Below the pieces are notes generated by a model, which saw only the letters and a program-made list of their open reading frames with translations, had not been told where the DNA came from and made no database searches. The translations under genes were made by a program, and so were the position numbers. From the IMG/VR virus record IMGVR_UViG_3300045988_078200: a stretch of 48,007 nucleotides of DNA. The stretch is one strand, 5' to 3'. The stretch is from a virus. Shown in pieces: positions 34,517 through 42,958 of the stretch (position 1 is its first letter; each line of letters starts with the position of its first letter).

Positions 34517-34918
34517 ATGGCGGAAATCGGAAGCTGGGGGACGTTCACCTTTTACGTTTCCCGGTCATCCATCAAGACGTTTGACGACCTGAAATGGGAA
34601 AGTTCGGTGAAGTACGCCACGCACGAGCGGCATTTGAAAGAGCCGCTTTTGGAGTTTACCGGGCAGGACGTGGAAAGCATGTCTTTCACCATGTTCTTTT
34701 CCGTGTTTTTGGGCGTGAACCCCATTGCGGAGGTTGCGAACCTGCTTCAAACCATGCGGCGGGGCGAGGCCCATTACCTGATCATCGGCCCGAAAGCGTA
34801 TGGGACAAACAAGTGGGTCATCACCAAACTGTCAAATTCCCTGCAACGATACGACCGGGGCGGGAACCTGCTGGCCGCGTCGGTCAATGTCACCATGCAA
34901 TCATATTCGAGCAGATAG
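34517..34918 (+). CDS. Tail protein, P2 GpU-family-like.
   Basis: ATG at 34517. The pattern is ...LEFTGQDVESMSFTM...LIIGPKAYGTNKWVITKLS... Confidence 0.5.
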   Translation: MAEIGSWGTFTFYVSRSSIKTFDDLKWESSVKYATHERHLKEPLLEFTGQDVESMSFTMFFSVFLGVNPIAEVANLLQTMRRGEAHYLIIGPKAYGTNKWVITKLSNSLQRYDRGGNLLAASVNVTMQSYSSR

Positions 34919-34929
34919 GAGGGCGGACG

Positions 34930-35253
34930 ATGGCTTACACCGTAAAGGCATACGCCCTTGAAAAAATCAACCTCGCGCCGGAGGACACCACGGAAGAGGT
35001 ATTGCAGAACGTGGCGGTCATCCTTTCCACACCGAAATTTTCCGTTCCGTTGGAGCGGGGCTTGGGGCTGGCGCGACGGTTTCTTGACAAACCGATTCCG
35101 GCGGCGCAGTCAATCTTGATTTCGGAGGTACTCGAAGCGATCGAGGAATTCGAGCCGCGGGCGGAGGTGGAAAACGTGACCTTTGAATTGGGGGACAGGC
35201 CGGGGACCCTGATTCCCATTGTGGAGGTGAAGATCATTGGCGGCGACGAATAG
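34930..35253 (+). CDS. Baseplate wedge protein, gpW/gp25-like.
   Basis: ILSTPKFSVPLERGLGL...ISEVLEAIEEFEPRAEV. Confidence 0.75.
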   Translation: MAYTVKAYALEKINLAPEDTTEEVLQNVAVILSTPKFSVPLERGLGLARRFLDKPIPAAQSILISEVLEAIEEFEPRAEVENVTFELGDRPGTLIPIVEVKIIGGDE

Positions 35254-36364
35254 GAGTTACCCGGACATTTCCTTTGTGGAAACCGACACGGAAACAATCG
35301 TGAACGCGCTGATTCAGTCATACGAGAAGTTCACCGGGCGCACGCTGTACCCGGCGGACCCGGCGCGGCTTTTCATTTTGTGGGTGGCGGACATCATCGT
35401 TCAAGAGCGGGTGAACATCGACTTTTCGGCAAAACAGAACGTGCCGCGATACGCGGAGGGTGAATATCTGGATTCCCTCGCGGAACTGTTCAAGGACACG
35501 TACCGATTGGAGCCGGAAAAGGCGAAAACAACCTTGCGCTATACGCTGTCCATCAAACTTGACACCGCAACCGTAATCCCGGCGGGGACCCGCGCAACAC
35601 CGGACGGCGACGTTGTGTTTGCCACGCTTCAAGACCTGACCATTCCGGCGGGCCAGTTGTCCGGCGACGTGGCGGCGGAATGCACGCAGGCGGGAGAAAT
35701 CGGGAACGGCTTTGTTCCGGGGCAAATCAAACAGGCGGTTGACGTGTTCCCCTACTTTCAAAGCGTGTCGAACACAACGGAGAGCGCGGGCGGCGCGGAT
35801 GAAGAGAGCGACGCGGCGTTTTATGAACGGCTACGGGAGAGCGTGGAAACATACTCCACAGCGGGGCCGATGGGCGGATATGAGTATTTCGCAAAATCCG
35901 CGTCGGCCCTGATCGCGGACGTAAAGGCCACGTCGCCGGAGCCGGGAGAAGTGGACGTGCGGGTCCTGCTGGCAGGCGGAGAACTGCCGGAGGAAGAAAT
36001 CTTGAAAGAGGTTTCGGAAATCCTGAACGCGGACACGGTGCGCCCGCTGACCGACCATGTGACCGTCAAGGCCCCGGAAACCGTGGCGTACAACATCGAC
36101 GTGACCTACTACACACAGGAGGGCGGCGCAATCAGCGACGACGTGATTTCGGAGAACGTAAACGCGGCGGTGGGCGCGTTCAAGAAATGGCAGGCGGAGA
36201 AGATGGGGCGGGACGTGAACCCGTCCTATTTGATTCAACTGCTTATGCAAGCCGGGGTAAAGCGGGTGGAGGTCCGCGCCCCGGCCTTTGCGACGGTGAA
36301 AGACAATCAGGTTGCGAAAATCGGAACGACCACCGTTACGAACGGGGGTGCGGAAAGTGAATGA
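35237..36364 (+). CDS. Baseplate J-like protein.
   Basis: 375 aa in the syntenic position. Confidence 0.8.
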   Translation: MAATNRSYPDISFVETDTETIVNALIQSYEKFTGRTLYPADPARLFILWVADIIVQERVNIDFSAKQNVPRYAEGEYLDSLAELFKDTYRLEPEKAKTTLRYTLSIKLDTATVIPAGTRATPDGDVVFATLQDLTIPAGQLSGDVAAECTQAGEIGNGFVPGQIKQAVDVFPYFQSVSNTTESAGGADEESDAAFYERLRESVETYSTAGPMGGYEYFAKSASALIADVKATSPEPGEVDVRVLLAGGELPEEEILKEVSEILNADTVRPLTDHVTVKAPETVAYNIDVTYYTQEGGAISDDVISENVNAAVGAFKKWQAEKMGRDVNPSYLIQLLMQAGVKRVEVRAPAFATVKDNQVAKIGTTTVTNGGAESE

Positions 36365-37112
36365 CAACGAACTGCATACGGCGGATTATACGCGGTCCCT
36401 CCCCCCTCCCCTGAAAAGCGACCCGACCATGACGGCCCTTGCGCGGGTCATTGCGGAGCAGTTGCAAGGGACGGTCCGACAGACCGGGAAGAACATCATA
36501 TACGCCCGGATTGATGAACTGGACGAACAGACGCTTGACGTGCTGGCCTATGACCTGCATGTGGATTGGTACGACTATTCCTATCCGATCGAAGTCAAGC
36601 GGCAGACCATCCGGGACAGCGTGCGCGTTCACCGGAGGTTGGGGACAAAATACGCCGTCGAAACCGCGCTGGGGGCGGTATTCCCCGGAACGCGGGTGCA
36701 AGAGTGGTTCGAGTACGGCGGGGAACCGTACATGTTCAAAGTCATCATCGGCGCGACGGAATCGGGGGTGTCGGCGGACCGGCAAGCGGCGGTTTTGGAG
36801 CGGGTGCGCTTTTATAAAAACCTCCGGTCCCATTTGGAAGCAATCAGTTACCAGATCGAGAAGAAAGCGACCGTATTCACGGCGGCGGTCCATGCCGTCG
36901 GCGTGCGGCTGGAAGTTTACCCCTATCTTGCGGAGGACATCGAGGAAACGGCGCGAATCAAGGCCGGAGCGGGCCACACCGTCGGCGTGCGCGTGGACAT
37001 TTACCCGCATGTTTACCGGAAGATGGGGACGGACTGGAACGCGGTATGCGCCGCTTATATTCAGCAAACCGGGAAACTTGAAATCTTCCCGCAGAACAGA
37101 ACGGAGGCGTAA
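36357..37112 (+). CDS. Tail protein I-like (XkdU-like).
   Basis: LPPPLKSDPTMTALARVIAEQL...LDVLAYDLHVDWYD. Confidence 0.7.
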   Translation: MNDNELHTADYTRSLPPPLKSDPTMTALARVIAEQLQGTVRQTGKNIIYARIDELDEQTLDVLAYDLHVDWYDYSYPIEVKRQTIRDSVRVHRRLGTKYAVETALGAVFPGTRVQEWFEYGGEPYMFKVIIGATESGVSADRQAAVLERVRFYKNLRSHLEAISYQIEKKATVFTAAVHAVGVRLEVYPYLAEDIEETARIKAGAGHTVGVRVDIYPHVYRKMGTDWNAVCAAYIQQTGKLEIFPQNRTEA

Positions 37113-37114
37113 CA

Positions 37115-38002
37115 ATGGCAGAAATCGAAAACACATACGGAAGCATTGTGACCGACGTAGGCGTTCAGCTTATCACACAAGCGGTCATGGAGGGCCAGAA
37201 AGTCAATATTACGACCCTCGCCGTGGGCGACGGCGGAGGAAGCTACTACAAGCCGAATTCCACGATGACGGCCCTAAAGGGGGAGCAATGGCGCGGAAAG
37301 GTAAACCGCGTGGAGGTCAATGAGAAATCACCGAACATGATCGACGTGGTGGCGGTGGTCCCCTCCGACGTGGGCGGCTGGACTATCCGGGAAATGGGCG
37401 TGTTCGACGACGCGGAAGAGCCGAACATGATCGCCGTCTGCAATACGCCGGACACGGAAAAGGTCATTATCACCAGCGGAGCCGCCGGGGAAATTGAACT
37501 GACCATGCACATCGAAATTTCCAACACGGGCGCGATCTCTTTTGTCATTGACCCGAACGTGGTCACGGCCACAAAAAAGGACCTTGCAGACCACAACACG
37601 TCGCAGACGGCGCACGCCGCGGAGTTTGAGAAAAAGGCAGACGTTACCGCCCTGAACGCCCACGCGAACAACAGCGATATTCACGTGAACCCCACGACGA
37701 TGGGGAACTATGACACGGCCATTGCCGGACTGATCGACCACACGGAGGACACGGAAGTTCACGTTCAGCCGGGTGAGCGGGCCGCGTGGGACGCAGGCGC
37801 GGAGGCCGCAGGGCAGGCGGAGGCGGACGCGGCGGAAGCCCTGTCCGCGATTGCGGGGCTGGAAAGCCGCGTTTCCCGCGTGGAAGATGGCCTGTTCAAC
37901 AACATCACCGGAAACCCGTTTCTTGTGCAATTTGATTCCCTTGACGGGGTGGTTATGACAAAGGGCATTTGGAACGCGGCCAGAAACAGAATCGAATGTT
38001 GA
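37115..38002 (+). CDS. Tail fibre protein with a tail-collar N-terminal domain.
   Basis: ITTLAVGDGGGSYYKPNSTMTALKGEQWRG...GWTIREMGVFDD. Confidence 0.75.
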   Translation: MAEIENTYGSIVTDVGVQLITQAVMEGQKVNITTLAVGDGGGSYYKPNSTMTALKGEQWRGKVNRVEVNEKSPNMIDVVAVVPSDVGGWTIREMGVFDDAEEPNMIAVCNTPDTEKVIITSGAAGEIELTMHIEISNTGAISFVIDPNVVTATKKDLADHNTSQTAHAAEFEKKADVTALNAHANNSDIHVNPTTMGNYDTAIAGLIDHTEDTEVHVQPGERAAWDAGAEAAGQAEADAAEALSAIAGLESRVSRVEDGLFNNITGNPFLVQFDSLDGVVMTKGIWNAARNRIEC

Positions 38003-38238
38003 GGGAATACGCCTGCACGCGGCGGGAACTGTCCTGCATCATCGGGAATCTGTTTGCGGAGCTGGACCCGCCTTGCGCCGCGTGCGCTTCCGACGCTGAC
38101 GAACTGACGATCAGCGGGCGGACCCATACCGGGGCGCAGGCGGTTCTAACTGTCACGGAATGGGGATTCCTGTTCGACGGGGACCCGTCGGAGATCGAAG
38201 AAATCCGGGGAAAGAGGTGCTTACGGCGTGGCGGATGA
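37996..38238 (+). CDS. Small hypothetical protein, possibly a fibre assembly factor.
   Basis: ATG at 37996 overlaps the fibre gene stop. Confidence 0.4.
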   Translation: MLREYACTRRELSCIIGNLFAELDPPCAACASDADELTISGRTHTGAQAVLTVTEWGFLFDGDPSEIEEIRGKRCLRRGG

Positions 38239-38641
38239 AAAGGAATTTATCATCATCACGAAAGCGAAAGATTTAGCCTTTCACACCTACGACATGACCA
38301 CCGCCCGCCGCTTTCCAAAGCGGCACGGGAAACTTGCCGTAGACCTGATGGAATTTGCACGGGAAATCGTGATTCATATTCAGGACGCGAACGAACTTGA
38401 CGTTCAGGACGCGGGAGAATTCCGGGAACGGCGGTATGAACAGAAACAGGCCCTTTCACGCTGTAAAGACATGCTGTTTTTGATCGAACTGGCCGAGCGA
38501 AAGAACCTGATTTCAACGGCGCAATGCGCGGCGTGGACAAAGTACGCCGTGGAAGTAAAACGGATGACGGCCAGTTGGAGGAAAAAGGACCTCGAACGAT
38601 TCACGGAATCCGGACAACGGGGAAACGCGCCGCGGCGGTGA
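38228..38641 (+). CDS. avd: DGR accessory variability determinant (Avd-like four-helix-bundle protein).
   Basis: 137 aa, basic, immediately 5' of the TR. KAKDLAFHTYDMTTARRFPKRHGKLAVDLMEFAREIVIHIQDAN fits the Avd/S23-IVS pattern. Confidence 0.65.
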   Translation: MADEKEFIIITKAKDLAFHTYDMTTARRFPKRHGKLAVDLMEFAREIVIHIQDANELDVQDAGEFRERRYEQKQALSRCKDMLFLIELAERKNLISTAQCAAWTKYAVEVKRMTASWRKKDLERFTESGQRGNAPRR

Positions 38642-38674
38642 TCGCCGGGGCGTTTTTCTTGGGGTGCGGCTTGT

Positions 38675-38769
38675 AGCGTCGAATTCGTACAACGTCCGCA
38701 ACGTCAATTCCTCCGGCGCGATGAACTGGAACAACGCGTACAACGGCAACAGGGGCGTTCGCCCGCTTT
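38675..38769 (+). repeat. DGR template repeat (TR).
   Basis: 95 nt homologous to 40903-40997 and 6589-6676. It carries 22 adenines, and in the VR frame reads YNVRNVNSSGAMNWNNAYNGNRGVRPL-stop. Confidence 0.9.
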
Positions 38770-39023
38770 GATGGAACACCGGGAACGAGTAAGCCGGACG
38801 GCTGAAAGCAGAGGACCATCATCAAAGGAAGCCGCATCCCTCCGCCGCGGTGACAGCGCGACGGTAAATACAAGATTGGTGAAGCAAGGCCCACGGGAAC
38901 CAGCTTCCGCCCCGCCACGGGCGCGCGGCGGGGTCCGATGATGAAGCATTGCGACGGCAGGCGGAGGACCGCTTGCCGCCCCCGCAAGGCGGATTCTATA
39001 CACGGCAAGGAGCATTTTTTATT
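38770..39023 (+). ncRNA. DGR spacer region between TR and RT. It is ORF-free, GC-rich and likely a structured part of the DGR RNA.
   Basis: There is no plausible + strand ORF. Several GC stems are present, for example CCCCGCC...GGCGGGG around 38910-38936. Assigned by position and by analogy with the Bordetella DGR. Confidence 0.5.
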
Positions 39024-40214
39024 ATGCAACAAACAGATTTCGAGCGGGTCCACGATTTCGGGAACCTATACGCGGGGTTCTTAAAGGCCCGCCGGGGCAA
39101 ACGGGGCAAAGCGAGCGTCGCAAAATTTGAAGCAAACCTGCTGGAAGCCCTTTGCCTGCTTTCGGAAATGCTGAAGAACAAGACCTACCGCCCGTCGGAC
39201 TATTTCGTGTTCCGGGTCTACGAGCCAAAAGAACGCATCGTTATGACCAACGCGTTCAAAGACAAGGTGGTTCAGCATTCTTTATGTGACAATGTGTTGG
39301 AGCCTGCATTTTCCCGCGCCTTTATCCGCGACAACTACGCGTCGCAAAAGGGGCGCGGGACGCATGACGGCCTGTATCGGCTGGAAGCGTTTATGCGGTC
39401 CTACTATTTCGAGCGGAAAGCGCGGGAAGAACAACGGTGCCGGGAGGAGGGGTTGCCGCGGCCCGACCCGCGCGCCGCCCGCTATGCGGACGGCTGGGTC
39501 CTGAAATGCGACATATCAAAATATTTCTACTCGATTCCGCATGAACCATTGAAAGCAATGGTGCGCCGCTTCATCCGGGACCCGGACGTTCTATGGCTTG
39601 TCGATATGATCATTGACAGCACGGACGACCCCGGAATTCCGATCGGCAACCAGACTTCACAATGGTTCGCGGTCATGTACCTTTCGGGGCTTGACCATTT
39701 CATAAAAGAGAAATTGGGAATCCGCTACTATGGGCGGTATATGGACGACTTTTACTTGATTCACGAGGACAAGGCGTATTTGCAGTATTGCCGCCGGGAG
39801 ATTGAAAAGTACGTGGCCGGGCTGGGATTGAAGCTGAACAACAAGACAAATATTTTCCCGCTACGGAACGGAATTGATTTTCTTGGATTCCGAACCTATA
39901 TGACCGACACGGGGAAGATCGTGCGCAAGGTAAGGAGGAACAGCAAATGTAACGAGCAACGGAAGTTGAAGAAACAGCGGGGCTTGCTGGACAAGGGGAA
40001 AATCACCCTTGCGGCAATCGAACAGTCTTACGGAAGCTGGCGGAGCCACGCCGAAAAGGGCAACTGTCACCACCTGATCAGGGAAACCGACAGGAAGTTC
40101 AACCGCCTGTTCCCGGAAAGCAAATTGCTATGCAGAAAGAACAAAAGGCCGGAAAAGGAAAGCTATTTCTGCGGTTTTATCGCTGACCCGCGGGAAACGC
40201 TTTCCGAACAGTAA
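39024..40214 (+). CDS. DGR reverse transcriptase.
   Basis: IPIGNQTSQWFA is the DGR-specific [ILV]GxxxSQ motif. GRYMDDFYLI carries YMDD. The gene is adjacent to the TR. Confidence 0.9.
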   Translation: MQQTDFERVHDFGNLYAGFLKARRGKRGKASVAKFEANLLEALCLLSEMLKNKTYRPSDYFVFRVYEPKERIVMTNAFKDKVVQHSLCDNVLEPAFSRAFIRDNYASQKGRGTHDGLYRLEAFMRSYYFERKAREEQRCREEGLPRPDPRAARYADGWVLKCDISKYFYSIPHEPLKAMVRRFIRDPDVLWLVDMIIDSTDDPGIPIGNQTSQWFAVMYLSGLDHFIKEKLGIRYYGRYMDDFYLIHEDKAYLQYCRREIEKYVAGLGLKLNNKTNIFPLRNGIDFLGFRTYMTDTGKIVRKVRRNSKCNEQRKLKKQRGLLDKGKITLAAIEQSYGSWRSHAEKGNCHHLIRETDRKFNRLFPESKLLCRKNKRPEKESYFCGFIADPRETLSEQ

Positions 40215-40239
40215 GTACACAAAAGGAGCGTGAAGCGAA

Positions 40240-41958
40240 ATGCCGAAAGCATTAAGCACCCTCGCCGTTGGCGCGCTGGTGAAAGACACCGGAACGCTTT
40301 ACAACGGGAAACCGATCATTTGGAAGATCGCGGACAAGAACCACGCCGGGTTTCCGGCGAATTCCGTCACGCTGATCACGGAGCGCATTATCTCGCTGAA
40401 ATGCTTTGACGCTATTGAGCAGAGCAACAGCGACGGAAACCGCCGTTCCTACGGAAACAACCGCTGGATTTGGTCAAATATCCGCCGATGGCTGAACAGT
40501 CAAGCGGGGGCGGGCGCGTGGTACGCGGCCCAGCACGGGCAGGACGCGCCGCCGAACAACGCGAACGTGTGGAGCAACTACAACGAGTACGAGGCGGAAG
40601 CGGGCTTTCTGGCGGGATTCTCCGCGAACTTTATTGCCGCCCTGCTGACCACGAACCGGACCGTCGGCAAAGCGCAGGTGGACGGCGGCGGGACGGAGAC
40701 ATGCACCGACAAAATCTTCTTTGCCACGTCAACGGAAGTCGGCTTGTCGGGCGACGTGGTGGCCGGAAGCAAACTTGCGCTGTTCAGCGACGACGCTTCC
40801 CGGCAGGCAAAGCCGACGGCGGAGGCGGTAAGCAAGAGCGAGTACCAGACAAGCAGTTTGAACGCAAATTCGTTCTGGTACTGGTGGCTTGCGGACGCTT
40901 ACGCGTCGAGTTCGGACGACGTCCGCAACGTCACTTCCTCCGGCGCGATGGACTGGTGCAGCGCGTACGCCGGCAACCGGGGCGTTCGCCCGCTTTGTAA
41001 TCTAAAATCTGAAATCTTGGTATCTGACAGCCCGGATTCGGACGGCGCATACAGCATCGTATGGAACCGCGCCCCGTCGGTCCCGGATTCCATCGACGTT
41101 CCGAGCGACGTTCGGGGCGGCGAAAGCCTGATTGTGAATTGGGGAACGTCCACCGACCCGGACAACAACCTTTCGGGGTACGTCCTCGAACGGCAGTACA
41201 ACGGCGGCGGATGGGCGCAGGTCTACAAGGGAATCAACCGGACGCACACCGACCAGATCACAAAGGGATGGGAGAATGTGGCGTACCGGGTCAAAGCATA
41301 CGACAGCGCGGGCGCGGAATCGGCGTACAAGACCAGCGCGACGCGGACGGTCATCAACAACACGCCGCCCACGATCAGCGGGACAGATACGGACCTTGGG
41401 GCAAAGACCGGAGCGTTCGACCAGAAATACACCGTCACAGACCCGGACAGCGGCCAGACGATCACCGTCGTTGAGAAGATCGACGGGGCGCAAAAGCGGT
41501 CCTACGCCGCGACCAGCGGGCAGGAATACACGTTCAGCGTGACCGCGGATGAATGGCGGAAGCTGTTGAACGGGTCCCACACGCTGACGGTGACGGCGAC
41601 GGACAATTACGGCGGAACCGCGACGCGGACTTACACATTCAGCAAGAACGAAACCGAAATTGAACTGACCCTTGCAACGCCCCTTGAAGCCGACGACATG
41701 GTGACAAAGGCGATCATGTCCATTACCCGGCAGATTCCGGCGGGCGCAGAATTCACCGTGGAGGCGTGCAACAACGGCAACGACGATTCCCCCACGTGGG
41801 AGGACGTTACGCAGGCCGTCACCAGCGGGAGCAAGTTTTTCCTTTCCAACGACAGCAAGACGGCGGCGGAATGGGGATTCAATTTCCGAATCAAGGTGAA
41901 GCGGAACAGCGCAAGCGGGGATTGCTTCATTTCTTCCGTGGGAGGTAATTTTGAATGA
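40240..41958 (+). CDS. DGR target 1. Fibre- or receptor-binding-like protein with the variable domain at about aa 222-253, followed by FN3/Ig-like domains.
   Basis: 572 aa. WYWWLADAYASSSDDVRNVTSSGAMDWCSAYAGNRGVRPLCNLKSEI contains VR1. It is followed by SLIVNWGTSTDPDNNLSGYVLERQYNGGGWAQVYKG (FN3-like). Confidence 0.85.
   Translation: MPKALSTLAVGALVKDTGTLYNGKPIIWKIADKNHAGFPANSVTLITERIISLKCFDAIEQSNSDGNRRSYGNNRWIWSNIRRWLNSQAGAGAWYAAQHGQDAPPNNANVWSNYNEYEAEAGFLAGFSANFIAALLTTNRTVGKAQVDGGGTETCTDKIFFATSTEVGLSGDVVAGSKLALFSDDASRQAKPTAEAVSKSEYQTSSLNANSFWYWWLADAYASSSDDVRNVTSSGAMDWCSAYAGNRGVRPLCNLKSEILVSDSPDSDGAYSIVWNRAPSVPDSIDVPSDVRGGESLIVNWGTSTDPDNNLSGYVLERQYNGGGWAQVYKGINRTHTDQITKGWENVAYRVKAYDSAGAESAYKTSATRTVINNTPPTISGTDTDLGAKTGAFDQKYTVTDPDSGQTITVVEKIDGAQKRSYAATSGQEYTFSVTADEWRKLLNGSHTLTVTATDNYGGTATRTYTFSKNETEIELTLATPLEADDMVTKAIMSITRQIPAGAEFTVEACNNGNDDSPTWEDVTQAVTSGSKFFLSNDSKTAAEWGFNFRIKVKRNSASGDCFISSVGGNFE
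40903..40997 (+). repeat. DGR variable region VR1.
   Basis: 95 nt align with the TR. There are 11 mismatches, 10 of them at TR adenines. Confidence 0.9.
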
Positions 41959-42137
41959 GCGTACAGCACAAGGCGACCAGTATCAAGAACAAGCCGAAAT
42001 CGGTTGAAGAACTGACCCGCGAAAACGAGCAGTTGCGGGAGAAAAACGAGAGCCTTTCGGGGCAGGTCACAGACCTGCAACTTGCCCTTTGCGACGTTTA
42101 CGAAATGATCGAAGCGACCGTGTACGGCGCGGAGTAA
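41955..42137 (+). CDS. Small coiled-coil protein.
   Basis: 60-aa ORF with an ATGA overlap onto the preceding gene. Confidence 0.5.
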   Translation: MSVQHKATSIKNKPKSVEELTRENEQLREKNESLSGQVTDLQLALCDVYEMIEATVYGAE

Positions 42138-42150
42138 AGGAGGGGTGAAC

Positions 42151-42276
42151 ATGGAGCGGGTCTATGCCGATCTGATTCAAAAGGGGCTGAAAACGATTGA
42201 TGATGTCCCGGAGCGGTTGCGCGACAAGGTGCGCGAACTGCTGAAAACGGCTGAAAGCGGGGGCGGCAATGAGTAA
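42151..42276 (+). CDS. XkdX/CD1375-like small protein, 41 aa.
   Basis: AGGAGG precedes the ATG. The sequence is MERVYADLIQKGLKTIDDVPERLRDKVRELL. Confidence 0.5.
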   Translation: MERVYADLIQKGLKTIDDVPERLRDKVRELLKTAESGGGNE

Positions 42277-42328
42277 CGCGCTGTTCCTGCTTTTTGCATA
42301 CATCTTTTGCCGAAAGGAGGTGGAAACG

Positions 42329-42445
42329 ATGGCTGTTGTTTATGCAACCCTGATCGTCAAGGGCAAAAAGACCTTGGAGCAGGTCCCCGCACGGCTGAAA
42401 GCCGAGGTGGAAGATCTGCTGACCGCCCTTGAAATCACCCTTTAA
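42329..42445 (+). CDS. XkdX/CD1375-like small protein, 38 aa, paralogue of 42151.
   Basis: AGGAGG precedes the ATG. The sequence is MAVVYATLIVKGKKTLEQVPARLKAEVEDLL. Confidence 0.5.
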   Translation: MAVVYATLIVKGKKTLEQVPARLKAEVEDLLTALEITL

Positions 42446-42458
42446 GGGAGGCGGAAAG

Positions 42459-42487
42459 GCCCCCGGCGCGCAATCCGCGCCGGGGGC
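42459..42487 (+). terminator. GC-rich hairpin, terminator-like.
   Basis: GCCCCCGGCGCG pairs with CGCGCCGGGGGC across a 5-nt loop. The T-tract is weak. Confidence 0.5.
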
Positions 42488-42571
42488 GATCTTCTACACG
42501 GAGGGAAACAGACGTGACATTGAACGACTTATTTTCCGGGGGGTGGTGCCGTCGGCGTTCTGCTTGTCGCT

Positions 42572-42943
42572 TTGACCCTGATCGAGATTGCCCCCATTAA
42601 GATCAACCCGTGGTCAAAAATCGGAAAGGCAATCGGGAAGTGCGTCAACGGCGACGTGATCGAAAAGCTGGACGAAACCAGAAAAACCCTTGATGACCAT
42701 ATCAGGACAGACGACGCGCGAAATGCAGATATGCACCGGGCCGCAATCCTGCGGTTCAACAACGAACTGTTGCGGGATATTCCGCACACGCGGGAAGAGT
42801 TCATCGAAGCATTGAGCGAGATTGACAGTTACGAACGATACTGCGAGGAACACCCGGACTACAAGAACAACCGGGCGACGCACGCCGTCGCAAACATCAA
42901 ACGCGTGTATGATGACAGGTTGGTCAAACACGACTTTTTGTGA
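42572..42943 (+). CDS. Lysis-module protein. As sequenced it starts at TTG 42572. It would probably start at GTG 42514 and carry an N-terminal TM if the G6 tract were G5.
   Basis: GGAGGG lies 8 nt before GTG 42514. One G fewer in 42538-42543 gives VTLNDLFSGGGAVGVLLVALTLIEIAPIK..., joining the 42572 ORF. Confidence 0.5.
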   Translation: MTLIEIAPIKINPWSKIGKAIGKCVNGDVIEKLDETRKTLDDHIRTDDARNADMHRAAILRFNNELLRDIPHTREEFIEALSEIDSYERYCEEHPDYKNNRATHAVANIKRVYDDRLVKHDFL

Positions 42944-42958
42944 AAGGCGGCGCGGAAT

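Noticed and set aside
38687-38687. The single non-adenine TR/VR1 mismatch (TR T versus VR1 G), considered as evidence against DGR mutagenesis.
   Set aside because: The other 16 mismatches across the two VRs are at TR adenines. One ordinary point mutation near the 5' edge of the homology does not alter the pattern.
38513-39053. Minus-strand ORFs overlapping the TR and spacer (38513-38779, 38601-39053, 38704-39015).
   Set aside because: They run antisense through the DGR template and spacer RNA region, have no ribosome-binding sites, and give Arg/Pro-rich translations. The region is better explained as non-coding DGR RNA.
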